From an uncultured Ignavibacteriota bacterium (GTDB lineage: Bacteria; Bacteroidota; Ignavibacteria; Tepidaquicellales; Tepidaquicellaceae): a DNA stretch of 43,255 nucleotides. Positions 25,762-35,192 of this stretch are shown here, in pieces. The translations under genes and the position numbers were made by a program. Every line of letters begins with the position of its first letter. The stretch's first letter is position 1. Under the pieces are notes generated by a model. That model saw only the letters and a list, made by a program, of their open reading frames with translations, did no database searches and had not been told where the DNA came from. The stretch lies in the NCBI GenBank assembly GCA_903901375.1, contig CAIUQV010000470.1, forward strand, positions 1 to 43,255, given 5' to 3'.

Positions 25762-27125
25762 TAAAGCTCATTTACTATTTGTTTAAAAACTTCTCCTCTG
25801 TGTTCAAAGTTCTGGAACATATCAAAACTTTTATAACCAGGTGAAAACAGTACGAAATCACCGGGATTAGCTATTGTTTTTGCATGTTTAACCGCATCAG
25901 AAAATTCATCAAACATCTTTACTGTTATCAGATTCTTATAATGATCGTTTATTACTTCCCTGCTTTGTCCAATCGCACAAATATATTTTACTCTCTCTTT
26001 TACTAATGGGTCAATAATATCAAAGTTATTAACTCCTTTTTTACCGCCCATTATAAGGATTATGTTACTTTTAAAACTTTCGAGTGCAACGTATAATGAA
26101 TCGTAATTTGTTGCCTTTGAATCATTGTAGTATATCACTCCATTAAGTTCTCTAACAGTCTCAATTCTGTGTTCAACACCTTTGAAGTTCTTTAAAGTCC
26201 TTTTAATCGATTCATTTGTCACACCAAACTTCTTTACCGCCATAATTGCAGCCATTGAATTCATTATATTGTGTGTACCTCTTAAGAATATTTTATCTTT
26301 ATTCGAAATTACCTCTTCAATATTATGTCGGTAACAAATATTATCATTATCAGTGTATGCTTCATAACTGAACTTTGAAATAGGACGATTTAAACTGAAA
26401 GTTCCAACGGTTGCATTAAACTTATCTGCTCTGTTTCTTAAGGTTGCATCATCATAGTTAATAATTATTAAATCCTCGTCTTTCTGGTTTCTGTTTACTT
26501 TATACTTTGCTTCGGCATAAAGATCAAATGAACCATGCCAGTCTATATGATCTGATGTAATATTAAGTATTGCAGATACTGTTGGCTTGAATGTTTCTGT
26601 ATATTCTAATTGGAAACTGCTAACTTCAAGTACAACAATAGAATCACTCTTTAAATCGGGAATAATTTCCGAAAAAGCTAATCCAACGTTTCCACACACA
26701 TGAACATCAATTCCTGCATCTCGTAACATTGCACCTGTAAGTTCCGTAGTTGTTGTTTTACCGTTTGTACCGGTAATAGCGATAATAGGTACTTTACAAA
26801 ACCATGAAGCTGCTTCAACTTCACTTACTATTTTAATCCCTTTTTCTTTTGCTTTTACAAGAACATCAGAACCGGGAGCAATACCTGGACTGGTTATTAT
26901 ATATTCCGCATCAAATATTTTGTCTGAATTCGTACCCAGTTCATATTCTATTTTATAATCTTTTAAAACTTGTTCATTAAGATACAATAATTCTTCTTTT
27001 TTAGAAGAATCACTTAGGAAAACTGATGCACCCGACATCTTAAGCAATTTTGATATACCTATTCCGCTCCTGCCGGCACCTAATACACTAAACTTAATAT
27101 TTTTAATATTGTCAGCTTTCATCAT
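25761..27125 (-). CDS. murD: UDP-N-acetylmuramoylalanine--D-glutamate ligase
   Basis: 454 aa with VLGAGRSGIG and GTNGKTTT motifs, in dcw context. Confidence 0.95.
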   Translation of the reverse strand: MMKADNIKNIKFSVLGAGRSGIGISKLLKMSGASVFLSDSSKKEELLYLNEQVLKDYKIEYELGTNSDKIFDAEYIITSPGIAPGSDVLVKAKEKGIKIVSEVEAASWFCKVPIIAITGTNGKTTTTELTGAMLRDAGIDVHVCGNVGLAFSEIIPDLKSDSIVVLEVSSFQLEYTETFKPTVSAILNITSDHIDWHGSFDLYAEAKYKVNRNQKDEDLIIINYDDATLRNRADKFNATVGTFSLNRPISKFSYEAYTDNDNICYRHNIEEVISNKDKIFLRGTHNIMNSMAAIMAVKKFGVTNESIKRTLKNFKGVEHRIETVRELNGVIYYNDSKATNYDSLYVALESFKSNIILIMGGKKGVNNFDIIDPLVKERVKYICAIGQSREVINDHYKNLITVKMFDEFSDAVKHAKTIANPGDFVLFSPGYKSFDMFQNFEHRGEVFKQIVNEL

Positions 27126-28234
27126 TATCTGATTTTAAACGTTGCTAATGTCATAATTGCAAGTAATACTGCAATAATATAAAACCTTAAGACAATTTTA
27201 GGCTCGGGTATACCTTTCATTTCAAAATGATGATGAAAAGGCGCCATTAGGAATATACGCTTACCCTCGCCGTATTTTTTCTTGGTATATTTGAAATAAT
27301 ATCTTTGAATCAAAACAGAAACTGCTTCAGCAAAAAATATTCCTCCAAGTAAGGGTAGTAAGAACTCCTTCTTTACAAGTATACAAAGTGTTCCGACTGC
27401 CCCTCCTAATGCAAGCGAACCTGTATCACCCATAAATACCTGCGCTGGGTAGGAATTGTACCACAAGAATCCTAAGGCAGCTCCTGCCACTGCTGTACAA
27501 TATATTACCAGCTCACCATTTCCTTTTAAATATATAATATTTAGATATTTCGAAAGTGTAATGTTACCCGATATATATGCGATTACACCTAATGTAATAA
27601 TTACTATGCCGACAGTTCCGGTTGCAAGTCCGTCAAGACCGTCTGTCAGATTCACAGCATTTGATGTTGCTGTAATGATAAAGATTATAATTGGAATATA
27701 GAAAATCGAAAAATCAAACTGATAATTTTTAAGGAACGGAATTGTTGTAATTGTATTGATACCGTGAAATTCAGGAGCTAGATATATTACTAATCCTACA
27801 ATAATTCCGACTGTAACCTGTCCAATCAATTTATACTTTGCAAGTAATCCTTTTTTATATTTCTTTACTACTTTTAAATAATCATCAAGCAAACCAACAA
27901 GACCTAATGATATAGTTGAAAATAAAACTAACTGAACATATATGTTTCTTAAGTTTGCCCATAGGAATACAGGAATTAACCCCGACATAAGTATTATTAA
28001 TCCGCCCATAGTTGGAGTCCCTGCTTTTGACCAGTGGAATTTCGGACCATCTTCTTTCTTTGCTTCGCCTATTTGTTTCTTTTTTAAATAACTTAATACT
28101 TTTGGACCAACATAGAATGTAAGCAGCAATGCAGTAATAGCTGCAAGTGCCGAACGGAATGTTAAATATTTAAAAATATTAAATCCCGGAGGATTAAACT
28201 TTGCCTGTATGTATTCAGCTAAAAAATAAAGCAT
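27125..28234 (-). CDS. mraY: Phospho-N-acetylmuramoyl-pentapeptide transferase
   Basis: 369-aa polytopic protein with NAVNLTDGLDGLA and MGDTGSLALGG motifs. Confidence 0.96.
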   Translation of the reverse strand: MLYFLAEYIQAKFNPPGFNIFKYLTFRSALAAITALLLTFYVGPKVLSYLKKKQIGEAKKEDGPKFHWSKAGTPTMGGLIILMSGLIPVFLWANLRNIYVQLVLFSTISLGLVGLLDDYLKVVKKYKKGLLAKYKLIGQVTVGIIVGLVIYLAPEFHGINTITTIPFLKNYQFDFSIFYIPIIIFIITATSNAVNLTDGLDGLATGTVGIVIITLGVIAYISGNITLSKYLNIIYLKGNGELVIYCTAVAGAALGFLWYNSYPAQVFMGDTGSLALGGAVGTLCILVKKEFLLPLLGGIFFAEAVSVLIQRYYFKYTKKKYGEGKRIFLMAPFHHHFEMKGIPEPKIVLRFYIIAVLLAIMTLATFKIR

Positions 28235-28240
28235 TTGCAG

Positions 28241-29629
28241 TTAATTTAGTTTGTTTGTAAAAACATTTTGAATTACTTCTTCCATTTTCATGCCCCTCGA
28301 ACCTTTAACATATACTACATCTCCGGTTTTTATATTTACTTTCAGAAACAATGATAAATCAGTTTTATCTTCAAAGTAAAAACTGTTCTTCAGGCCCTTT
28401 GCACCTTTGAATGTTTGATACGACATATCCCCATAGAAATAGCTGAAATCAAAATTCATCTTCTTCATAAGTTTGCCGATATCGGTGTGTTCCTTCTTTG
28501 ATGTTTTACCCATTTCAAGCATATCAGAAAGTATTATGTGCTTTCTTCCTTTTGATTTGAAATCTTTCATTGTCTCAAGACCCAATTTCACAGAATCAGG
28601 ATTACTGTTGTAAGCATCATTTATAACTTTAATTCCATTGTATTCTTTTGTTTCCATTCTCTTGCCGCTAATCTTAGATATATTTTTCAAAGCTTCAGAA
28701 ATTATGGCAGGCTGAATGCCAAAGAATATTCCGGTTGCAATAGCCGATAGACCGTTATAGAACGAGTGTTTACCAAAAGTATTTATATATGTCTTATATT
28801 TTCTATTATTATATTTATAAGTCAATTTTGGTCTGAATTCATTATCGAAACCCTCCATCTTCCCCTTTACATCTGCATTATAAGTGTACGAATAAGTGAA
28901 TGAATAATTTTTATGCTTTTTGTAATAAGAGTTCACAAATTTATCGTCAAGATTGTAAAAACAACAGGAACCGTGATTACTTACATAATCATATAATTGA
29001 AATTCCTCTTTTGCTACTCCGCTCAAGTTTTTAAAAAACTCAAGGTGCTCTTTACCAATATTAGTTACCAATGCAAAATCGGGTTTTGCAATTTTGCATA
29101 GATATTCAAGTTCATTGAAGTGATTACTGCCAAGTTCTGCAACACAGAAATTATGATTATCTTCAATCCTTAATAATGTTAATGGCAGCCCGATATGATT
29201 GTTAAAGTTACCCTCGGTTTTAATCAGATTAAATTTTCTTGACAATACTTCAGCAATAATATCTTTTGTAGATGTCTTGCCGTTACTTCCGGCAACTGCA
29301 AAAACCGGTATATTCATCTTATCCCTGTGAATTTGAGCAAGATGACCAAGTGATTTAATTGTATCGTCAACGACAACAAAGTTCTGCTTTGGATATTTAT
29401 TCTTATTTTTATCAAACCACTTTTTATTTACAAATACAAGTCTGACTTTTGCTTTGATTACTTTATCTATGTAATTATGTCCGTCTGTTGTCTCTCCCTT
29501 AATCGCAAAAAATATCGAATCGCGGCTTACAATTCTGGAATCAATCGAAACAGATGCAAATGATTCCGGTAAACTGCTTTTCTGTATCAGTTCACATTTA
29601 AGTTTCAATATTTCCTGTTTAGTAATCAC
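28241..29629 (-). CDS. murF: UDP-N-acetylmuramoyl-tripeptide--D-alanyl-D-alanine ligase
   Basis: 462-aa Mur ligase with P-loop GSNGKTSTK, positioned between murE and mraY. Confidence 0.9.
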   Translation of the reverse strand: MITKQEILKLKCELIQKSSLPESFASVSIDSRIVSRDSIFFAIKGETTDGHNYIDKVIKAKVRLVFVNKKWFDKNKNKYPKQNFVVVDDTIKSLGHLAQIHRDKMNIPVFAVAGSNGKTSTKDIIAEVLSRKFNLIKTEGNFNNHIGLPLTLLRIEDNHNFCVAELGSNHFNELEYLCKIAKPDFALVTNIGKEHLEFFKNLSGVAKEEFQLYDYVSNHGSCCFYNLDDKFVNSYYKKHKNYSFTYSYTYNADVKGKMEGFDNEFRPKLTYKYNNRKYKTYINTFGKHSFYNGLSAIATGIFFGIQPAIISEALKNISKISGKRMETKEYNGIKVINDAYNSNPDSVKLGLETMKDFKSKGRKHIILSDMLEMGKTSKKEHTDIGKLMKKMNFDFSYFYGDMSYQTFKGAKGLKNSFYFEDKTDLSLFLKVNIKTGDVVYVKGSRGMKMEEVIQNVFTNKLN

Positions 29630-31104
29630 TATTTTGCTAATTCAGAGTATTTTTGTATAAATTCATGATCATCAAAATGAGTCTTCACTCCGTTTACCTC
29701 CTGGTAAGTTTCGTGACCTTTTCCGCAAATCAGGATTATATCTCCTTTTTTTGATAATTCAATACTTCTTTTAATTGCTTTTTCTCTGTCAACTTCTATT
29801 TCGTAATTCTCTGTTACATCAACACCTTTTTCGATATCGTTAATAATTTTCATCGGATCTTCAGTTCTTGGATTATCAGAAGAGATTATTACATAATCTG
29901 ACAATTCCGTCGCAATCTTCCCCATAACAGGTCTCTTCGTTCTATCCTTATCACCTCCGCATCCAAAAAGCGTAATTACCCTACCGTTTTTCCCTTCTGA
30001 ATTTCTAACGTCTATTGCTGCTTCGATAGCGTTCTTTAGAGAATCTGAAGTATGCGAATAATCAACGATTGCACACGCACCATTAGGTAACATCGTTCTG
30101 TTAAATCTGCCTTTTGCTGCTTCAAATTTATTGATTGCTGATAATATTGATTCAATTTCAATTCCAAATCTTAATCCGCATTCGATTGCGGCTAAAATGT
30201 TGTATACATTGAATCTGCCCGTTAATGAAGAATTAACTGTGTGAACAACCCCTTTAACCTCAATTTTAAAACTTAAACCATTAAGACCAATTTTAATATC
30301 GTATGCCTTTAAATCTGAGTTATTGTTAATTGAGTAAAACTTTTTCTCGCCTTTAAAAGAATCAAGTATTCTGATTCCGTATTCATCATCACTGTTAGAT
30401 ATCGCAAGAGAAGTTTCAGGTAGTGTATCAAACAGTATTTTTTTAGCACTCAGATAATCTTCCATATTTAAATGCAAATCCATATGCTCGCTTGTGAGAT
30501 TTGTAAATATTGCAGTATCGTATTTTATTGTATGTACCCTGCTGTTAACAAGTGCTATTGAAGATACTTCCATAACACAAAAATCCATACCATTTAATAC
30601 CATCTCACTCAGCATCCTGTTCATATCAATTGAATCCGGCGTTGTTAATCTTGCTTCCGTCTTCTGGGAACCCGTAAAATAATCTATAGTCCCGATTAAT
30701 CCGCATTTATATCCATTTGAATCTAAAATACTTTTAACAATATAAGAAATAGTTGTCTTGCCATTAGTACCTGTTATTCCAATTACTTTCAGCTTATCAG
30801 TTGGTTTAGCATAAAATGCACAGCTTATTTCTGCCATCACCTTTCTAACATTATCAACAAATAGTACATTATCAAACTGTAGATATTCAGTCTTAAATCT
30901 TAAATCGGCAATTATTAATTCTGCACCGCTTTTTATTGCTTCATTCACAAATTTTATCCCGTCTGTTTTCATTCCTCTTATTGAGAAGAAAATAAAACCG
31001 GGTTTGACTTCTTTAGAATTCAGACTAAGACCTTTTACCTCAAAATCTGCTAATGATTTTTGAAAGTTGATTTCAGCAATATTTAACAGTTCAGATAATC
31101 TCAC
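29629..31104 (-). CDS. murE: UDP-N-acetylmuramoyl-L-alanyl-D-glutamate--2,6-diaminopimelate ligase
   Basis: 491 aa with GTNGKTT and a DNPR motif (SSDNPRTEDP), which is typical of meso-DAP-adding MurE. Confidence 0.92.
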   Translation of the reverse strand: MRLSELLNIAEINFQKSLADFEVKGLSLNSKEVKPGFIFFSIRGMKTDGIKFVNEAIKSGAELIIADLRFKTEYLQFDNVLFVDNVRKVMAEISCAFYAKPTDKLKVIGITGTNGKTTISYIVKSILDSNGYKCGLIGTIDYFTGSQKTEARLTTPDSIDMNRMLSEMVLNGMDFCVMEVSSIALVNSRVHTIKYDTAIFTNLTSEHMDLHLNMEDYLSAKKILFDTLPETSLAISNSDDEYGIRILDSFKGEKKFYSINNNSDLKAYDIKIGLNGLSFKIEVKGVVHTVNSSLTGRFNVYNILAAIECGLRFGIEIESILSAINKFEAAKGRFNRTMLPNGACAIVDYSHTSDSLKNAIEAAIDVRNSEGKNGRVITLFGCGGDKDRTKRPVMGKIATELSDYVIISSDNPRTEDPMKIINDIEKGVDVTENYEIEVDREKAIKRSIELSKKGDIILICGKGHETYQEVNGVKTHFDDHEFIQKYSELAK

Positions 31105-33278
31105 TAGTTTTCTTCTTTACAAAATAGAATTATTTTACTCTTTGTGTTTACTTTGTTTCCGGGTTTCGGAAACATATCTACAACTTCACCACTTCCGTTT
31201 ACATCAACAATAAATCCCTCTGAAACAAGCTTATTAATTGACCTCCTTAAACTAAATTTTCTGACGTCAGGGACAATAACCGTACCAGCAGTTTCTGTGC
31301 TGGAATTTTTAATAAACAATTTAAGTTTTTTGCCTTCTTCAAGTTTACTGCCAGGAGGTGGATCCTGAGAATCTACAGACACTATCTTTCCCTGTAATTC
31401 TTTCGAATTTAGTTCTTTATCTAATTCATATTTTATATTTCTTTCGTTCAGGATATCAATCGCATCTTTAACTTTTAGATTTACTAAATTCGGCAAAACT
31501 CTTTCTTTTTCTGTATTTGATTTATCAGTCTCTTTTTTATCACTGTTCTCAATTATTGATTCATCTCTGTAAATATTAATAATATCGTTGAACCCCATTA
31601 TTCGGGATGCAATCTTTTGGAATACAGGAGCAGCAACTTTACCGCCGTAATATCCGTTTTTAGGGTCGTCTAAAATTATTGTTATTATTATTTCAGGATT
31701 ATCGGCGGGAAAATATCCAACGAAAGAAGATATATGTGAATTACTTGAATATTCACCTTCGATTAATCTTTGCGTGGTTCCTGTTTTGCCCGCTACTTTC
31801 AATCCTTCAATTTTTGCATCTGTTCCGGTTCCTCTTTCAACTACTCCTAAAAACATCTCATTAAGTTTCTTTGATGTTTCAGTTGAAATAACCTGTCTTA
31901 CAGGTGATGGATAATTTTCAAGAATAACACTTCCGTCCGGACTTACTTCTTTTTTAACAATATATGGTTTCATTAGAAGTCCGTTGTTTGCAATTGCCGC
32001 ATATGCCATTGTTAACTGAAGTGCATTTACTGCAACCTGATACCCAATTGACATAAATTCAAGTGATCCGTTTGTAAAATCCAGAGGTCTTTTTAAGTAA
32101 CCTTTATTCTCACCGTTCAACTCTATTCCGGTATAAATACCAAACCCATAATCACGTGCATATTTAAAGAATCTTTCTGCACCTAATTTCTGTGAAAGTT
32201 TTGCAACCCCAATGTTGCTTGATCTCTCTATTATCTGTTGAAACGTTAGCGAAGATGCAGGATATGAATCGATAATATCCATACCAAATACTTTATAAGA
32301 ACCGTTTTCTGTATTAACTACATCCTGAGGATTATTAAGTTTTTCCTCAAGAATAGCGGAAGCTGTTATTAATTTAAAAGTGGAGCCGGGTTCATAAATA
32401 TCAGAAATCACTGCATTCTTCATCCCGGATGTATCCTCACGTTTTATGTTATTCGGATCGTACGATGGATAATTACACATTCCAAGAATTTCACCTGTCT
32501 TTACAGACACAACTAATGCTTTTCCCCTGGTAGCATTAAAAGACTTAACACCTGCAGCTAATTCTTCTTCTGCAATCTGCTGGACCCTTTTATCAATAGT
32601 TAGAATAACGTTAGCACCGCTTTCAGGTTCTTTCTGTATAAAATTTAAATCAGGTCTTTTGAATCCCCTGCCGTCTTTTCTTGAAATCATATATCCTTCT
32701 TTACCAGTTAGGTCCTTGTTCATCGCAAGTTCAATACCGCATACGCCTTTATTATCGAGATCGTTATAACCAATTATCTGTGATCCTGTTGAACCGTAAT
32801 TGTAATATCTTGATGATTCTTTGAACACATCAAGACCTTCTATCTTAAGTGTATCCAGACCCTTCAAATCAGAAATCTCTGCTTTTCTTTCCAGATAAAA
32901 AGCTGAGGTGTTTTTACTTTCGAGTCTGTCTAAATATTCAAATTTACTCTTTCCGAATACAGCCGCTAGAAAAGTTGATACAGAATCGGCATTTTTAATT
33001 TTGTATGGATCTGCAATAACCGAAACCCGGAATACATTCGTTACAAACGAATTCATATTTCTGTCAAAGATACCGCCTCTTACAGGAACAATAATCTCTC
33101 TGGTTTGTGATTGCTTTTTGGCAATAATTTTATATTTTTCCGAATCTAAAATCTGTATGGATGTAAGTTTAATAATAATAACCCCAAGAAAAACAAGAAG
33201 AATAATCATAAAATAATTAATTCTCCTTGTTACGGATAAGAAAGACTTTTCATTATTTTTAAAATCGTAAAAAGTCAT
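31104..33278 (-). CDS. ftsI: Class B penicillin-binding protein FtsI with a C-terminal tandem PASTA extension
   Basis: 724 aa with an N-terminal TM segment and transpeptidase motifs STFK, SSN and KTGT. The last ~135 aa form two PASTA-like repeats (LPNLVNLKVKDAIDIL... and VPDVRKFSLRRSINKL...). Confidence 0.92.
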   Translation of the reverse strand: MTFYDFKNNEKSFLSVTRRINYFMIILLVFLGVIIIKLTSIQILDSEKYKIIAKKQSQTREIIVPVRGGIFDRNMNSFVTNVFRVSVIADPYKIKNADSVSTFLAAVFGKSKFEYLDRLESKNTSAFYLERKAEISDLKGLDTLKIEGLDVFKESSRYYNYGSTGSQIIGYNDLDNKGVCGIELAMNKDLTGKEGYMISRKDGRGFKRPDLNFIQKEPESGANVILTIDKRVQQIAEEELAAGVKSFNATRGKALVVSVKTGEILGMCNYPSYDPNNIKREDTSGMKNAVISDIYEPGSTFKLITASAILEEKLNNPQDVVNTENGSYKVFGMDIIDSYPASSLTFQQIIERSSNIGVAKLSQKLGAERFFKYARDYGFGIYTGIELNGENKGYLKRPLDFTNGSLEFMSIGYQVAVNALQLTMAYAAIANNGLLMKPYIVKKEVSPDGSVILENYPSPVRQVISTETSKKLNEMFLGVVERGTGTDAKIEGLKVAGKTGTTQRLIEGEYSSNSHISSFVGYFPADNPEIIITIILDDPKNGYYGGKVAAPVFQKIASRIMGFNDIINIYRDESIIENSDKKETDKSNTEKERVLPNLVNLKVKDAIDILNERNIKYELDKELNSKELQGKIVSVDSQDPPPGSKLEEGKKLKLFIKNSSTETAGTVIVPDVRKFSLRRSINKLVSEGFIVDVNGSGEVVDMFPKPGNKVNTKSKIILFCKEEN

Positions 33279-33583
33279 TCCATTTCAGTTCTTTTAATTA
33301 ATATTTTCCTGTTTTGTCTGATATTCATTTCATCTACTTTAAGCTTAAGTCTATCTTCTGCAAGTTTTTTAATTCTGTCATACGATGCAAGTTTTTCAAT
33401 TTCCATTTTAAGTGAATTGTTCGTCTGATTTGCTTTTGAAATATCATCTTTAATGATATTAACTTCCTTAATAAGTTTATTAACTGCGATTATGTTGTTG
33501 ATTAGAAAAACAGAAGACGATGATAGAAGAAGAAAAAATGCGATAGACCAGAAGATTGATATTTTTCTTCTTTGAGTCTTCAT
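33275..33583 (-). CDS. ftsL: FtsL-like cell division protein
   Basis: 102 aa with a single TM segment plus a coiled-coil region. It holds the canonical slot between rsmH and ftsI and overlaps both neighbours by 4 nt. Confidence 0.65.
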   Translation of the reverse strand: MKTQRRKISIFWSIAFFLLLSSSSVFLINNIIAVNKLIKEVNIIKDDISKANQTNNSLKMEIEKLASYDRIKKLAEDRLKLKVDEMNIRQNRKILIKRTEME

Positions 33584-34491
33584 GCTAAAACCACCTCTGC
33601 AGCTCTAAGTTTTGCACTTCTTGCTTTTGAATTTCTCTTTACTTCTTCATAACTCGGCATAATAACTTTCTTAGTTAGAATCTTAAACCCTTTTGCCATA
33701 TCATTCTTTATTTCGTTATTCTTAAAAAAGTTTTTTACAATTCGGTCCTCCAGCGAATGGTATGAAACTACAACGATTCTCCCGCCATCCGATAATATTT
33801 CGAGGCTACTTGCAAGTAATTTTTCTAAATCATTAAGTTCATCGTTAACTGCTATTCTCAATGCCTGAAATGCTTTTGAAAGGAATTTAACAGGTACACT
33901 TTTTTTAAGGTCGTATTCCTTTTGAATTATATTAACTAATTCGCCTGTGGTTTCGAGTTTTTTAGTTTTACGGAAATTTATTATTGCTCTCGATAGTCTT
34001 GAAGCTTTCTTGATTTCGCCAAAGGTCTCAAAAATATAAGTAAGCTGGGATTCCTTGTATTCATTAAGAATCTGACTGGCATCTATTGATGAGTTTTTAT
34101 CTGCACGCATATCGATTGCAGTATCGTTCATAAAACTAAAACCCTCTTCGTGAGTAAGCTGGTAAGAAGATAAACCTAAATCCGCAACAATTCCCGTTAT
34201 GCTGTTAAAACCAAGATCATTTACAATGTTTTTGATTTCAGCAAAATTACCCTGCTTAAAAAATATGTTAGCCTTTCTACTTTCCAATCTTTTAGATGAA
34301 TGATTTATTGCGTTAATATCCTTATCAACACAAATTAATTTTGAATCTTCTTTAATATTATCAGAAATTAACTCTGAATAACCGCCTCCGCCTAAGGTAC
34401 AGTCTACTATAATATGCTTGTCAATCTTTGGATTAATCAAATACATATTCATAGTCTCCAGTAATACCGGAATATGGTATTCGGTCTTCAA
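33580..34491 (-). CDS. rsmH: 16S rRNA (cytosine1402-N4)-methyltransferase
   Basis: 303 aa. HIPVLL, DCTLGGGGYS and DLGLSSYQL are RsmH/MraW hallmarks. Confidence 0.95.
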   Translation of the reverse strand: MKTEYHIPVLLETMNMYLINPKIDKHIIVDCTLGGGGYSELISDNIKEDSKLICVDKDINAINHSSKRLESRKANIFFKQGNFAEIKNIVNDLGFNSITGIVADLGLSSYQLTHEEGFSFMNDTAIDMRADKNSSIDASQILNEYKESQLTYIFETFGEIKKASRLSRAIINFRKTKKLETTGELVNIIQKEYDLKKSVPVKFLSKAFQALRIAVNDELNDLEKLLASSLEILSDGGRIVVVSYHSLEDRIVKNFFKNNEIKNDMAKGFKILTKKVIMPSYEEVKRNSKARSAKLRAAEVVLA

Positions 34492-34512
34492 AGCATTTAC
34501 CCTTGTTAATAT

Positions 34513-34971
34513 TTATAAAATATTCTTATTTAAAATCTTTTCCGTTACCGCCTGCGCAACGCTTTCAAATGGTTCAGGATTTTGCTTATCGTATTCAGCC
34601 TTGCTTTCAGGATTCCAGATTTCAATGTTCTGAAGCATTCCGAGAAGCAAAACTTCTTTCTTGATTTGTGCAAAATCAATCAATTGGGAAGGGAGTAAGA
34701 ATCTGTTGTGAGAATCTAGTTCACATTCATGGACGTACATTAAGAATTGTCTCATGAAATATCTTTCTTTGTCATTAAACACATTGAAATTCATAAGACC
34801 TTTTTTTACCCTTTCCCATTCGTCAAGTGGGTATAACATTAGACATCCGTTTAAACCACGGGTTAAAACGATTTTATTGTCAGCCTCCGGAGTCATCTTT
34901 GACCTGAATTTTCCGGGAAGTACAATCCTCGATTTTGCATCTAAAACCGCAATTGAATGTCCTTGAAACAA
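34513..34971 (-). CDS. mraZ: Transcriptional regulator MraZ
   Basis: 152 aa with two SpoVT-AbrB-like halves (DAKSRIVLPGKFR and DSHNRFLLPSQL = DxxxR motifs). TTG start giving MFQG... Confidence 0.93.
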   Translation of the reverse strand: MFQGHSIAVLDAKSRIVLPGKFRSKMTPEADNKIVLTRGLNGCLMLYPLDEWERVKKGLMNFNVFNDKERYFMRQFLMYVHECELDSHNRFLLPSQLIDFAQIKKEVLLLGMLQNIEIWNPESKAEYDKQNPEPFESVAQAVTEKILNKNIL

Positions 34972-35009
34972 TATTTACTAAATTTAATTAAGTATTTTTG
35001 GGATTTGAA

Positions 35010-35036
35010 GCCACTTTATCCCACTTCATCCCACTA
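35010..35036 (-). promoter_or_regulatory. Putative MraZ operator: three direct GTGG(G/C) boxes at 10-bp spacing
   Basis: The minus strand reads TAGTGGGATGAAGTGGGATAAAGTGGC. The CCAC cores on the plus strand sit at 35011, 35021 and 35031. The site lies immediately downstream of the proposed -10 element. This matches the E. coli architecture of TGGGN direct repeats with 5-nt spacers. Confidence 0.55.
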
Positions 35037-35038
35037 CA

Positions 35039-35066
35039 AAAATACATAATTTAATGTTAAAGTCAA
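35039..35066 (-). promoter_or_regulatory. dcw/mraZ promoter (Pmra)
   Basis: The minus strand reads TTGACT-N16-TATTTT followed by TG. This gives TATTTTTG, which fits TAnnTTTG. Confidence 0.5.
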
Positions 35067-35135
35067 ACTTATTTTTTAAGAATTTGCAAATTATTTACTG
35101 GTTAGAACTTTGGAGTTTTGAAAGGAATTTGGGGA

Positions 35136-35169
35136 ATAAAAAATGGGGTTACTAAATAGTAACCCCATT
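35136..35169 (-). terminator. Rho-independent terminator after rpoC
   Basis: The minus strand reads AATGGGGTTACT-ATTT-AGTAACCCCATT followed by TTTTTATT: a 12-bp perfect stem. Confidence 0.8.
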
Positions 35170-35192
35170 GTATTTATGATTTCACTTTTCTT

